Below, in pieces: positions 1 through 9,399 of a stretch of DNA of 61,708 nt. The notes beneath the pieces are model-generated. The model did not search any database. It was not told where the DNA came from and saw only the letters and a list, made by a program, of their open reading frames with translations. Source of the stretch: Patescibacteria group bacterium (GTDB lineage Bacteria > Patescibacteriota > WWE3 > UBA101185 > UBA10185). The stretch is from the NCBI GenBank assembly GCA_041658075.1, contig JBBAAW010000003.1, positions 1 through 61,708 on the forward strand, in the 5' to 3' direction. Each line of letters begins with the position of its first letter. The first letter of the stretch is position 1. A program made the position numbers and the translations under genes.

Positions 1-36
1 AATTTTATTATAGGATATTTCCTTTTTTCAAAAATA

Positions 37-45
37 TGATATAAT
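37..45 (+). promoter_or_regulatory. possible extended -10 promoter (TGATATAAT) upstream of cassette A
   Basis: TGaTATAAT at 37-45. No good -35 element. It would give a leader of about 190 nt to ATG 240. Confidence 0.3.
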
Positions 46-239
46 CCGGCCAAGTTTTGCACCCATAGTTTTGCAGAGCTGGCACTTTGACAAGCAGGCA
101 ACTCAAAAGAAAATAATAATACAAAAATAAGCGCGCTGTCAACTGCTTTTTGCAGATCATCTTTTTGGTTTGTAAGGAGCAGTTGATAGTGGCGTCTTGA
201 TCAATTCACGAATAAATCTAGACTGAGGAGGTTGGTACC

Positions 240-1193
240 ATGAAAGCGCAGAGGGTCGTTTTGTCGGTTGTGTTGGTCATGGCGATTCTGTTGGTCGCGG
301 TGCCGGCAGTGTTCGCCCAGGAATTCATTAGCGGCTATCGCGTCGAGGTGAAGAGCGACATAGCGGCAACGCCCGTCCAGTTTTATACGGTCGCGCGGGG
401 TGACAACACTATCTGGGTAACGCCGAACGCGTTGGCCCAAAAACTTGAGGCGGCTACCAACGGCAATCCCATCAAGTATGCGGAAGTACTGGCCGCTCTC
501 CACGCGGGCAAGACTCTCGAGGTTGAGAGAATGGGCGTTGAGTTGGGTGCCATGGTCGCGTTGGTAGACAATTGGGTGGAAATCAACACTCGCAGCACCC
601 GGATACTGTACCCAGGAGGTACGATCACCGAAACGGTGCGGGCAGGCCCGGGGGAGGAACTTCGGTATAATTGGCGAGAAGCTGGAATTCGCAGTGTGCA
701 AGTTCACGTACGAATGTCGGACGGTCGAGAGTTCGACGTAGCGTCGACCCTTGGTATGTACGAAGTACTTGAAACGCAAACCCAGGGTGTCTACCTGAAC
801 TTTCTCGCTCCGTCCAAGTCATGGAGTGCAGTGGACCTTGAAGTTCCGGAAGGTGGCAGGATCAAATCGGTCCAAGCGACCAACACTTGGCTTTGCCGAT
901 ATTCTGCATATGGATCCGTCAACGTTTCGGTCAACGGGGTGGGGATCGCGAACCTTCACATGGATGCCGGGTCGGGGGTCCAGGCGCTTGGTAGCACCTT
1001 CGAGTTTCTCGTGCTACACGCGGATATTGACTCGCTGAGGCTGGACTTTCAGTCGGTGAAGGCGGATCAGGCCTTTTTCCAGGCGACAGGTTTGCAGATT
1101 TTCTATCTCCGCGCCGCCGCCGGGCCGACGGAGGATAGAGAGGTACCCAGGAGGTTCACAAAGAACCCCCACATAGTATGGCCCCAGAACTGA
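240..1193 (+). CDS. GC-rich hypothetical secreted protein (cassette A)
   Basis: 317-aa ORF with GAGGAGG 8 nt upstream of the ATG. Signal peptide MKAQRVVLSVVLVMAILLVAVPAVFA/QE. A GC-rich hairpin follows. No protein family recognised. Confidence 0.6.
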   Translation: MKAQRVVLSVVLVMAILLVAVPAVFAQEFISGYRVEVKSDIAATPVQFYTVARGDNTIWVTPNALAQKLEAATNGNPIKYAEVLAALHAGKTLEVERMGVELGAMVALVDNWVEINTRSTRILYPGGTITETVRAGPGEELRYNWREAGIRSVQVHVRMSDGREFDVASTLGMYEVLETQTQGVYLNFLAPSKSWSAVDLEVPEGGRIKSVQATNTWLCRYSAYGSVNVSVNGVGIANLHMDAGSGVQALGSTFEFLVLHADIDSLRLDFQSVKADQAFFQATGLQIFYLRAAAGPTEDREVPRRFTKNPHIVWPQN

Positions 1194-1213
1194 TCTCTCG
1201 CAGGGCGCATGGT

Positions 1214-1264
1214 GCGGCCCGATCTTTCAAGACGAGAATTTTGCCGTCTTAAGGTCGGGCCCGC
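1214..1264 (+). terminator. GC-rich nested hairpin after cassette A ORF
   Basis: GCGGCCCGA (1214-1222) pairs with TCGGGCCCGC (1255-1264). Inner stem is AAGACG/CGTCTT. There is no clear T-run. Confidence 0.45.
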
Positions 1265-1394
1265 GAACCTTACAGGTAATTAACCTGTTAAATTGCGAGT
1301 TGCCTGCTGTCTACAAACGCTACAAACGTTTTACTTCCTCTTGACATAATATTCAAAATATGTGCTACACTTTAGTTGTGGTGGTTCATCTGTT

Positions 1395-2426
1395 ATGCCC
1401 AAAGTAAAGCCCATTACGTTTTTTATAAAAATTGGAATCATTACTCTATGTGGTTTTTGCTCAGTTGTCGTCTTTTCTCCTAGAAGTTTTGCCGCGCTAA
1501 CAATTTCTAATGCAACGGTTTGTTACAACGGCGCTTTAGCGACCAGTGCAACTGCTTTCGGCACCTTATATACTGCAAACTGGCGATTCCGTGTGCAAGT
1601 TAGTAGTACAGATGCTGCAGTAGCCTCAGGCGATATCTGTTATAGCGACTCTAAATCTTTATCAAGTAGTATTTGTTATGCAAGGTCGATTTTTACCGTA
1701 CAGCCAAATTCCACCGTGGATATTAACTACACTTTTACGCAAGGTTTTATCGCAGATATGATGCTCGGACTCCATCGTAGCACTGAGCCGGATCCCTATA
1801 CCTTCGTGACTTCACGAAGTTTGCTTCCTCCCTATAGCGCGTGTCCAACACCTACTCCAACACGCACACCTACGCCTACGCCGACTCGTACTCCAACACC
1901 TACTCCAACACGCACACCTACGCCTACGCCGACTCGTACTCCAACACCTACTCCTACTCCAACACCAAGCCCCAGCTGTGCCAGCACAGGTACGTGTATA
2001 TGTAACTGGTCGATTTGTGTAGGAAACTCTGAATGTGCATCTAACTACTGTTATTTTGGTAGCTGTAGAAATTCATTATGTGCAACATCCACATTAGGTG
2101 CAGGATTATTGCCAATTTGTTCCTGTCCAACACCCACTCCCACTCCCACGCCAACGCCTGTTCTTACATCCACTCCAACACCAACCCCAACCCCGACACC
2201 TATTTTTACACCAACACCAACTCCCACACCTACTCCTATTCTCACGTCTACACCAACTCCCACCCCAACCCCCACATCTACACCTACACCGACTCCCACT
2301 CCTATTACTCCATCTTGTGATGTAACGATCGGTTTTGGCAGTGCATCAGGTTTAAAATGCCAATCTATAAAGATAAATTCACAAGGTTTAATATATGGTA
2401 ATAAACGGGTGATTTGTCCAAATTAG
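1395..2426 (+). CDS. secreted Cys-rich protein with Pro-Thr repeat linkers
   Basis: The ORF track starts at 1362 (GTG); ATG 1395 ([10 protein letters not shown]) is more plausible. Hydrophobic N-terminal anchor or signal. Two TPTPTPTR / TPTPTP linker blocks flank a Cys-rich module. Confidence 0.6.
   Translation: MPKVKPITFFIKIGIITLCGFCSVVVFSPRSFAALTISNATVCYNGALATSATAFGTLYTANWRFRVQVSSTDAAVASGDICYSDSKSLSSSICYARSIFTVQPNSTVDINYTFTQGFIADMMLGLHRSTEPDPYTFVTSRSLLPPYSACPTPTPTRTPTPTPTRTPTPTPTRTPTPTPTRTPTPTPTPTPSPSCASTGTCICNWSICVGNSECASNYCYFGSCRNSLCATSTLGAGLLPICSCPTPTPTPTPTPVLTSTPTPTPTPTPIFTPTPTPTPTPILTSTPTPTPTPTSTPTPTPTPITPSCDVTIGFGSASGLKCQSIKINSQGLIYGNKRVICPN
1845..1954 (+). repeat. perfect 48-bp tandem repeat (2.3 copies) encoding [16 protein letters not shown]
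   Basis: Unit CCAACACCTACTCCAACACGCACACCTACGCCTACGCCGACTCGTACT lies at 1845-1892 and 1893-1940. A partial third copy runs to about 1954. Confidence 0.9.
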
Positions 2427-2447
2427 TGATTTTTAGAAAGACGTCTT

Positions 2448-2858
2448 ATGAAATTAAATAACAGTAATACAAATAATACAAAAGGGTTTGCTGGTATAGT
2501 AATGCTTCTTGTGGTGGTTGTACTCGTCGTTGCGGGAGTTATGTACGCCACAAAAACAGGATTAATAAAATTAAATCCCAAAGACGTGAATTATGGTAGT
2601 ACTACAATGTCAAAGCAAAATGCGGCGCAAAAGGTCGACTTTGCATACAAAGTAAAATCAATCACAAACGAGATGATTGTACTCAGTGGTCAAAAGGGAG
2701 ACTTTACCTTACCAAACGATCCTTCAGTCGTAATAATACACAAAGGTTCTACCAAAGAATCTCCAAAGATGGAACTAAGTCAGCTAAAAGTGGGTGATAC
2801 GTTAAATATGGAATTTATACCCGGCAAATCCGCTACTCTTTTTGTGTCAACAACGTAA
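2448..2858 (+). CDS. small membrane-anchored protein (pilin-like N-terminus?)
   Basis: 136 aa. The N-terminus NNTKGFAGIVMLLVVVVLVVAG resembles a prepilin-type signal but lacks Glu at +5. No family recognised. Confidence 0.45.
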   Translation: MKLNNSNTNNTKGFAGIVMLLVVVVLVVAGVMYATKTGLIKLNPKDVNYGSTTMSKQNAAQKVDFAYKVKSITNEMIVLSGQKGDFTLPNDPSVVIIHKGSTKESPKMELSQLKVGDTLNMEFIPGKSATLFVSTT

Positions 2859-2945
2859 CTTATGAGTCTGCTATCAGCGGTTGGTTGCTAACGCACCAGC
2901 CCTTGCTATACTGCAAACCTTTGAACATCTTTGTAGTATAATCAG

Positions 2946-3944
2946 TTGGTGAAGAAAATATTAACAGGTGACAATACAACCGGTCGACTTCATCTGGGTC
3001 ATTATGTTGGTTCCCTTGAAAACAGAGTAAACTTACAAGACGAGTACAAAACTTATATTATTTTAGCCGACATTCATAGCCTTGCCTATCCCAAGTACGT
3101 AAACGATCCCGACACAATTTCCGCCTCAATCTACCAGGTGCTCATGGATAATCTGGCGGTGGGTTTAGATCCACAAAAAGTAACTTTTTTTCAAGAGTCA
3201 GCAGTACCGCAAATTTATCAATTGGGAGCAATTTTTAGCATGTTGGTTACACATAACAGGGCCTTACGAAATCCCACTATAAAAGAAGAAATTCGCGATA
3301 AAAGTTTAGGTGACAATTTTTCATTAGGTTTTGTCTTTTTCCCCATACTTCAGGCGGCCGATATCTTATGTGTGAATGCCGATCTGGTACCCGTTGGTGA
3401 GGATCAGCTTGCGCATATTGAGCAAACAAACGAGATTGTGCGTAAGTTTAACTCGCTTTATGGAGAAACCTTTAAGGAGGTGGAGGGAAAGGTTGGACGA
3501 GTACGAAGATTGGTCGGAACTGATGGCAATGCCAAGATGACAAAGTCGCTCAATAGCGCCATTTATTTGAGCGACGACGAGAGCGAACTTAAGAGAAAGG
3601 TTATGGGCATGTACACGGATCCCAAGCGACTTCACGCCACAGATCCCGGAACGGTGGAAGGAAACCCCGTTTTCATTTATCATGATGCGTTTAACCCTAA
3701 CAAATCAGAGGTAGATGACTTAAAAGATCGATACCGTGCGGGTAAAGTGGGAGATGTGGAAGTAAAAACTAAGCTTTTTAACACCTTGAACACATTCTTG
3801 ACTCCTATTAGGGAAAAGCGCCGTTACTACGAGCAAAACATGGATGAGGTTAAGGAAATTTTGCACGCAGGTAATAACATCGTAAGACAGGAAGCTCAAG
3901 AAACTTTAGATAAAGTTCTATCGACCCTAAAACTTGTTAAATAG
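2946..3944 (+). CDS. trpS: tryptophanyl-tRNA synthetase
   Basis: 332 aa. HIGH-type motif GRLHLGHYVG, KMSKS-type KMTKS, and the TrpRS hallmark PILQAADIL...VPVGEDQLAHIE. Confidence 0.9.
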   Translation: MVKKILTGDNTTGRLHLGHYVGSLENRVNLQDEYKTYIILADIHSLAYPKYVNDPDTISASIYQVLMDNLAVGLDPQKVTFFQESAVPQIYQLGAIFSMLVTHNRALRNPTIKEEIRDKSLGDNFSLGFVFFPILQAADILCVNADLVPVGEDQLAHIEQTNEIVRKFNSLYGETFKEVEGKVGRVRRLVGTDGNAKMTKSLNSAIYLSDDESELKRKVMGMYTDPKRLHATDPGTVEGNPVFIYHDAFNPNKSEVDDLKDRYRAGKVGDVEVKTKLFNTLNTFLTPIREKRRYYEQNMDEVKEILHAGNNIVRQEAQETLDKVLSTLKLVK

Positions 3945-3960
3945 GTCGTTCTTGTCATAT

Positions 3961-3989
3961 TGACAAAGTCTTTAACCGGTGGTAACTTA
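3961..3989 (+). promoter_or_regulatory. candidate rRNA-unit promoter
   Basis: TTGACA, a 17-nt spacer, then TAACTT. It lies about 180 nt upstream of tRNA-Ala. Confidence 0.3.
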
Positions 3990-4168
3990 CACTCCACGGA
4001 ATGGAAAGGTTCACCCTTCTTCTTGCTATCTCGGAATAACGGGACAGCGGGATTGAACACGAAGCTCTGAACCCTTTTACTTAATTACAGTATAGTCATT
4101 GCAGCACATCACCTCTGATGGCTGACTATTAGCTCTAAAGAGCGCATAATATATGGACCTGGCCCTTT

Positions 4169-4244
4169 GGGCCTGTAGCTTAGTTGGTAGAGCGCCGCGT
4201 TTGCATCGCGGAGGTCACGGGTTCGAATCCCGTCGGGTCCACCA
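4169..4244 (+). tRNA. tRNA-Ala(TGC)
   Basis: 76-nt cloverleaf folded by hand. Anticodon loop TTTGCAT, G3:U70 pair, TTCGAAT T-loop, encoded CCA. Confidence 0.95.
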
Positions 4245-4271
4245 AATTGACAAGCGCATAAGATGCGCAAG

Positions 4272-4296
4272 AACCTTGAAAACCAGATAGAAAACA
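4272..4296 (+). other. 5' strand of 23S precursor processing stem
   Basis: AACCTTGAAAACCAGATAGAAAACA is nearly perfectly complementary to TGTTTTCTATTTGGTTTTAAAGGTT at 8027-8051, which flanks the 23S 3' end. Confidence 0.7.
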
Positions 4297-4889
4297 GAAC
4301 TAAAAAATTTCATGTAAATCGTCTAGGTACATCCGCTGCAAGGCGGATGCTATCTGTAGAACAAAAAGAACTTAATGTACACGGAGGATGCCTTGGGTTT
4401 TTGCGGCGAAGAAGGACGCGCCAGGCTGCGTTAAGCTTCGGGAAGCTGTCAAGAAGCGTTATACCCGGAGATGTCCGAATGGGGAAACCCTACCTACAGC
4501 AATGTAAGGTAACCATCTGCTAAAGTTTCTTGTCGCAAGACAAGGGAAATAGGCATTTTGGAGCATACCAGGTGAACTGAACCAACTTAGTAACCTGAGG
4601 AAAATAAACAATATTGTATTTCGTTAGTAGCGGCGAGCGAAAGCGAAGAAGCCCAAACCTAAGATCAAATCGATCTATAGGTGTGCGGACAACCCTACGC
4701 CACTTTAAGTGGCTGGAAGTTACAAAGCATTTTCATAGGAGAATATTTCTGGAAAGTTAGGCCACAGAGAGTAATAGCCTCGTATCCAAAATGAAGATGC
4801 CTTCTTGGGTTGATCCAGAGTAGCATGGGACACGAGAAATCCTGTGTGAAGCAGGCTTGACCATAAGCCAAGGCTAAATACGCAAAAAC

Positions 4890-4934
<45 letters not shown>

Positions 4935-6108
4935 TGTTAGGGGAGTGAAATAGAAACTGAAACCGTGTACAGACAAGCTGACAAAGGGGGGCGCAAGCTT
5001 CCTAATGTCGTGCCTATTGAAGAATGAGCCAACGAGTTAATTTTGCGCGCATGCTTAAGTCGCTTATAAACGACGCAAGCTTAGGGAAACCGAGTCTTAA
5101 AAGGGCGCTCGTGCGTAGAATTAGACCCGAAGCCAGGTGAGCCAATCATGAGCAGGTTGAAGTCCGCCGAAAGGTGGATGGAGGACCGAACCGGTGTATG
5201 TTGAAAAATGCTCGGATGACTTGTGATTAGTGGTGAAACGTCAAACGAACCTGGTGATAGCTGGCTCTCCCCGAAATATATTTAGGTATAGCCCTATGTG
5301 TCCGCCTTAGGCGGAACGATCTAACGGGAGGTAAAGATACTGGAAAGAATTGGGGCTCGCAAGGGTACCCATTCTTACCAAACTCAGAATGCTCGTTAGT
5401 GGTGTAGGAGTCAGCAATGGGGGGCAATCTCCTGTTGCAAAAGGGAAACAGCCCAGACCATCGAATAAGGTCCCTAATTTCTGCTAAGTGGGCAAGGTAG
5501 TGAAACCGTTTAAACAGCTAGGAGGTTGGCTTAGAAGCAGCCATCCTTTAAAGAAAGCGTAACAGCTCACTAGTTTAACGATTTTGCGCCGACAATTTAA
5601 CGGGGCTAAGCAGAAAACCGACTTCGTGGTTCCATCCGCATTAGTGGATGGAAGGTAGGGGAGCTTTGATGTCGTCTGCCGAAAGGCGGACAAAGCAGTG
5701 AAGGTGTGCTGTAAGGCATGCTGGAGCGTCATCAAGTGAGTATGTTGGCTTGAGTAACGAGAGCCGCCTGAAAACGGCGGCCGCCGTAAGTCTAAGGTTT
5801 CCTCCGCTATGTCAGTCATCGGAGGGTTAGTCGGTCCTAAGGTAAGGCCAAAAGGCGTAGCCGATGGACAGCAGGTTAATATTCCTGCACTGGTGTAGAA
5901 CCGTTTTACCAATGGAGTAACGGCGCGCGGTAGGTTAAGCCGGTTAAAGATTCCGGTCCAAAAAGTAAGCTAGTTCCCGTAGGCAAATCCGCGGGAATGT
6001 TGGAGAGATCCTGAACGTGAGCTTATGGGGAGGCTCTTAAGTGAGCTAACTTAATTGAGTCGTGCGTCCAAGAAAAACTTCTAGGGAGGTTTTATACCAT
6101 CCGTACCA

Positions 6109-6145
<37 letters not shown>

Positions 6146-6428
6146 CGATCGAGTGAACTGTGATTGAGGAACTAGGCAAATTACATCCGTAACTTAGGGA
6201 AAAGGATGCCCGTCCGCGCGCAAGCAAAGGCGGGGGCACAAAAATGGTTCAAGCGACTGTTTAACAAAAACACAGGTCTCTGCTTAACTCGTAAGAGGAA
6301 GTATAGGGGCCGACGCGTGCCCAGTGCCCGTAAGTTAAAGCCTGAGGTGAAGGTTTGTCGCAAGATAGACAACAGCTTTGGGTCTAAGCTCGGGTGAACG
6401 GCGGTCTTAACTATAAGGATCCTATGGT

Positions 6429-6726
6429 AAGTTAACGCGCTGCCATAGTTAAATTTGGCTATATGCTGGAAACTCCGGGAATCTTGTACTACTAATCACA
6501 CTGATATATAATATTGGTGTGCCAGATGACTAATAATTAGTAAAAAAGTATCAAGTGCGGACAATCAGCAGGAAAGACCGGGAACGAAGGTTTCCGGAAT
6601 CCTCACAGACTATACGCCAAACTCCGATTATGTCGGAGAAGATATAGTCGCATCTGCATGGCGACATGCAGGAGCTAATCGTTGATTAGCTCATAATCCG
6701 AGAAATATAATCGGACGAAGTGAATA
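6429..6726 (+). mobile_element. group I intron in 23S rRNA, near E. coli position 1931
   Basis: About 300 nt interrupt the conserved CCTAAGGT/AGCGAAATTCC block. The insert carries GACTAT (P7 5'), a CTCCGA/TCGGAG hairpin (P8) and GAAGATATAGTC at 6638-6649 (J8/7-P7 signature). No ORF is present. Boundaries are accurate to about 3 nt. Confidence 0.75.
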
Positions 6727-6735
6727 AGCGTAATC

Positions 6736-6766
<31 letters not shown>

Positions 6767-7287
6767 CGCGTAACGACTTGAGCACTCTCTTAATCACAGG
6801 CTCGGTGAAATAGAACTACCGGTGAAGATGCCGGTTACTTGCTGTTGGACAAAAAGACCCCATGGAGCTTTACTGTAACCTGACATTGGTTAGTTGTTTT
6901 AATTGTGTAGTGTAGGAGGGAGATTTTTCTACGAAAGTTGAAAGGTCGACAATGAAACACCTCTCTGTTAAGGCGGCAAGCCTAACTATTTGGCCTTATC
7001 GGTCAAGAGGACAATGTTTGGTGGGCAGTTTAACTGGGGCGGTTTCCTGCTAAAAGGTAACGCAGGAGCACAAAGGTTCCCTTATCCCGGATGGAAATCG
7101 GGATGTAAGCGTAAAGGTATATGGGAGCTTAACTGCAAGACATACAAGTCGCGCAGTTGCGAAAGCAGGTCTTAGTGATCTTCCGAGTGCCATATGGATG
7201 GCCCGGAACTTATCGGATAAAAGTTACCCTGGGGATAACAGGCTGATCCCACCCGAGCGTTCACAGCGGCGGTGGGGTTTGGCACCT

Positions 7288-7597
7288 TGAAGTACATTGG
7301 GGTGCTTCCAAAGTAATTTGGAACCAAAAATTTGGCTAATAACGGTGAACTCCAGTTGATATAATGTATCAATGGACAATACCGTGGGAAGTCTTTCTTT
7401 TTATCGACAAGATAAATTTAGATTGACCCCGTATCGACTGAGTCCGCCAAAGGCGGACGAGATAGGAGTCATTCTGATAAAAAATCAGAAAAACACAACT
7501 TCTATAACACGCCAACTCCTACTCTTCGAAAATACAAATTATCGAAGGAATGAGGATGAAGATATAGTCAGCGCAACTAGAGATAGTTGAATGTTTG
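7288..7597 (+). mobile_element. group I intron in 23S rRNA, after the E. coli U2500 equivalent
   Basis: 310 nt split GGCACCT|CGATGTCG. The 5' exon ends in T and the intron ends in G. GAAGATATAGTC lies at 7558-7569, preceded by a CTTCGA/TCGAAG hairpin. No ORF encoding a recognisable endonuclease. Confidence 0.8.
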
Positions 7598-7630
7598 CGA
7601 TGTCGTCTCGTCGTATCCTGGGGCTGGAGT

Positions 7631-7663
<33 letters not shown>

Positions 7664-8057
7664 ACGGCGCGTTGATGGGTTCAGAGCGTTGTAAGACAGC
7701 TCGGTCTCTTTCCACAGCAAGCGCATGAGTTCTGAGGGGGGTTGGTGATAGTACGAGAGGACCTCACTGAACGAACCTCTGGTGTACCAGTTGTCGTGCT
7801 AACGGCATCGCTGGGTAGCTATGTTCGGTTGAGATAAGCGCTGAAAGCATCTAAGCACGAAACTCGCCCCAAGATTAGAACTCTTCCTCGCAAGGGGACG
7901 CAGATCGTAGGAGACTACTACGTTGATAGGCCGCAGGTGTAAGCACAGCAATGTGTTGAGCTAAGCGGTACTAATTTTTGCGACTCTTTTTGTTGATGAT
8001 TAACAATGAAATTTTTCTAGTCCACATGTTTTCTATTTGGTTTTAAAGGTTTTTGCG

Positions 8058-8187
8058 CCCAAGGTCTCGGTGATGATAGCGGTAGGGACCCACCTCTTTC
8101 CATTCCGAACAGAGAAGTTAAACCTACCAGCGCCAAAAATACTAGAGTATGATTTCTGGGAAGATAGGTCGTCGCCGGGACTTTGGG
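8058..8187 (+). rRNA. rrf: 5S rRNA
   Basis: CCACCTCTTTCCATTCCGAACAGAGAAGTTAAAC core. A 13-bp helix I forms between CCCAAGGTCTCGG and CCGGGACTTTGGG. The mature ends may be a few nt inside these coordinates. Confidence 0.9.
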
Positions 8188-8244
8188 TGTAAAATATTCG
8201 CAAAGCGAGCGTTTGATGTCCATAAGAAATCACTTGCGTAGCGC

Positions 8245-9399
8245 GTGATTTCGTTGGACTCAACACGAGCATTGCTATATTTTCTATATATGAAAGCAAA
8301 AAAAGTTCTAAAAAAAGAATCGTCAATGTCAAAATTAATGAGCAATTCTCCCATGCTTAGAAAATTTACGGTGGGGGATGTGGTAGAAGGCTTTGTGGTA
8401 GCCGTTCGTGATGATGAAATCTTGCTTGACGTAGGTGCTAAGTCGGAAGGCGTTATAACCCGCGAGGAATTTGGTGAATTTAAATCCAGCCTCGCCGATC
8501 TCAAACCGGGAGATACTTTAATGGCGCAGGTAATTCAGTCGGAAAGTGATCAAGGTTACACCGTTTTGTCGTTAAAGAGAGCAGAAAGAGAAAGAAAATG
8601 GCGCGACATTGAAAAAATGTACAGCGAGTCCATAGACGGAGAAGCACGAGTAATAGAATACAACAAAGGGGGACTTTTAGTTGACTTTATGGGAATGCGT
8701 GGGTTTGTTCCTCTGTCGCACTTAGACCGAGTACATTTTACCGACGATGTTGCCAAATTTGCCCATGGTAGTGAGGTGGAGATTCGCGAGTCGCTCAAAG
8801 TTCTGTCCGGCAAAGTTTTAAAGATTAGGGTTATTGAGTATGACAAAGAAAAAAATCGACTTATTTTGTCGGAAAAGAAGGCTTTGGAGCACTATAGCGA
8901 GGAAGCGCGCACAAAAAGGCTAGGTCAGGTAAAAGAAGGCGACACTGCCGAGGGTGTGGTCACCGGGGTTATGCCCTTTGGAGTTTTTGTGGATTTGGAT
9001 GGTATAGAAGGTTTGGTCCACATTTCTGAAATCGCTTGGGAAAAAGTGTCAAACCCTTCGGTTTATTACAGTGTGGGTTCTAAAGTGTTGGTTAAAGTTA
9101 TGGGTGTGGATGAAAGCTCTAAGCGTTTGGCTTTAAGCATTAAAAGACTTACCAACAATCCTTGGGAGGGAATTGAGGAGCGTTTTAAAGTAGGTCAAAA
9201 AGTTAAGGGTGTGGTTAGTAAAATTGTTCCGTTTGGCGCATTTATTAATGTGGAAAAGGGACTGGACGGACTTTTGCATATAAGTCAGGCAAACGGACCT
9301 TTGCAGGTGGGCAACGAGGTGGAAGCTAGAGTTATTGGAATTGAGCCGGAAAACCAAAAACTTTCTCTAAGTCTTAAAGAACAACAACAAGAACAATGA
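8245..9399 (+). CDS. rpsA: 30S ribosomal protein S1 (four S1 domains)
   Basis: Four repeats of the S1 OB motif, for example [11 protein letters not shown]..., [20 protein letters not shown]...GLVHISE and [20 protein letters not shown]...GLLHISQ. The true start is probably ATG 8290 or 8326. Confidence 0.85.
   Translation: MISLDSTRALLYFLYMKAKKVLKKESSMSKLMSNSPMLRKFTVGDVVEGFVVAVRDDEILLDVGAKSEGVITREEFGEFKSSLADLKPGDTLMAQVIQSESDQGYTVLSLKRAERERKWRDIEKMYSESIDGEARVIEYNKGGLLVDFMGMRGFVPLSHLDRVHFTDDVAKFAHGSEVEIRESLKVLSGKVLKIRVIEYDKEKNRLILSEKKALEHYSEEARTKRLGQVKEGDTAEGVVTGVMPFGVFVDLDGIEGLVHISEIAWEKVSNPSVYYSVGSKVLVKVMGVDESSKRLALSIKRLTNNPWEGIEERFKVGQKVKGVVSKIVPFGAFINVEKGLDGLLHISQANGPLQVGNEVEARVIGIEPENQKLSLSLKEQQQEQ

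Noticed and set aside
201-1038. Antisense or alternative-frame ORFs in GC-rich cassette A (201-779 -, 383-628 -, 625-822 -, 826-1038 +)
   Set aside because: High G+C suppresses stop codons in all frames. Only the 240-1193 frame has an SD, a signal peptide and a downstream hairpin.
1214-1264. Integron attC-like interpretation of the long imperfect palindromes after cassettes A, B and C
   Set aside because: No intI integrase is present. There are no GTTRRRY/RYYYAAC core sites at the palindrome ends. The cassettes are not contiguous, and each has its own promoter-proximal leader.
1845-2310. Possible CRISPR array or DGR template/variable repeat
   Set aside because: The repeats are contiguous coding tandem repeats without spacers. 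No cas genes or reverse transcriptase occur in the window. I found no second diverged copy with A-specific mismatches.
2051-2325. ORFs 2051-2299 (-), 2078-2320 (+) and 2098-2325 (+) over the PT-repeat DNA
   Set aside because: These are low-complexity translations (GVGVGV, HSHSH, LPLP) of the ACNCCN repeat in the wrong frames or strand.
2859-2945. T-box or other riboswitch leaders upstream of trpS, leuS and argS
   Set aside because: The leaders are far too short (about 87, about 20 and about 4 nt), and no specifier or T-box sequence is visible.
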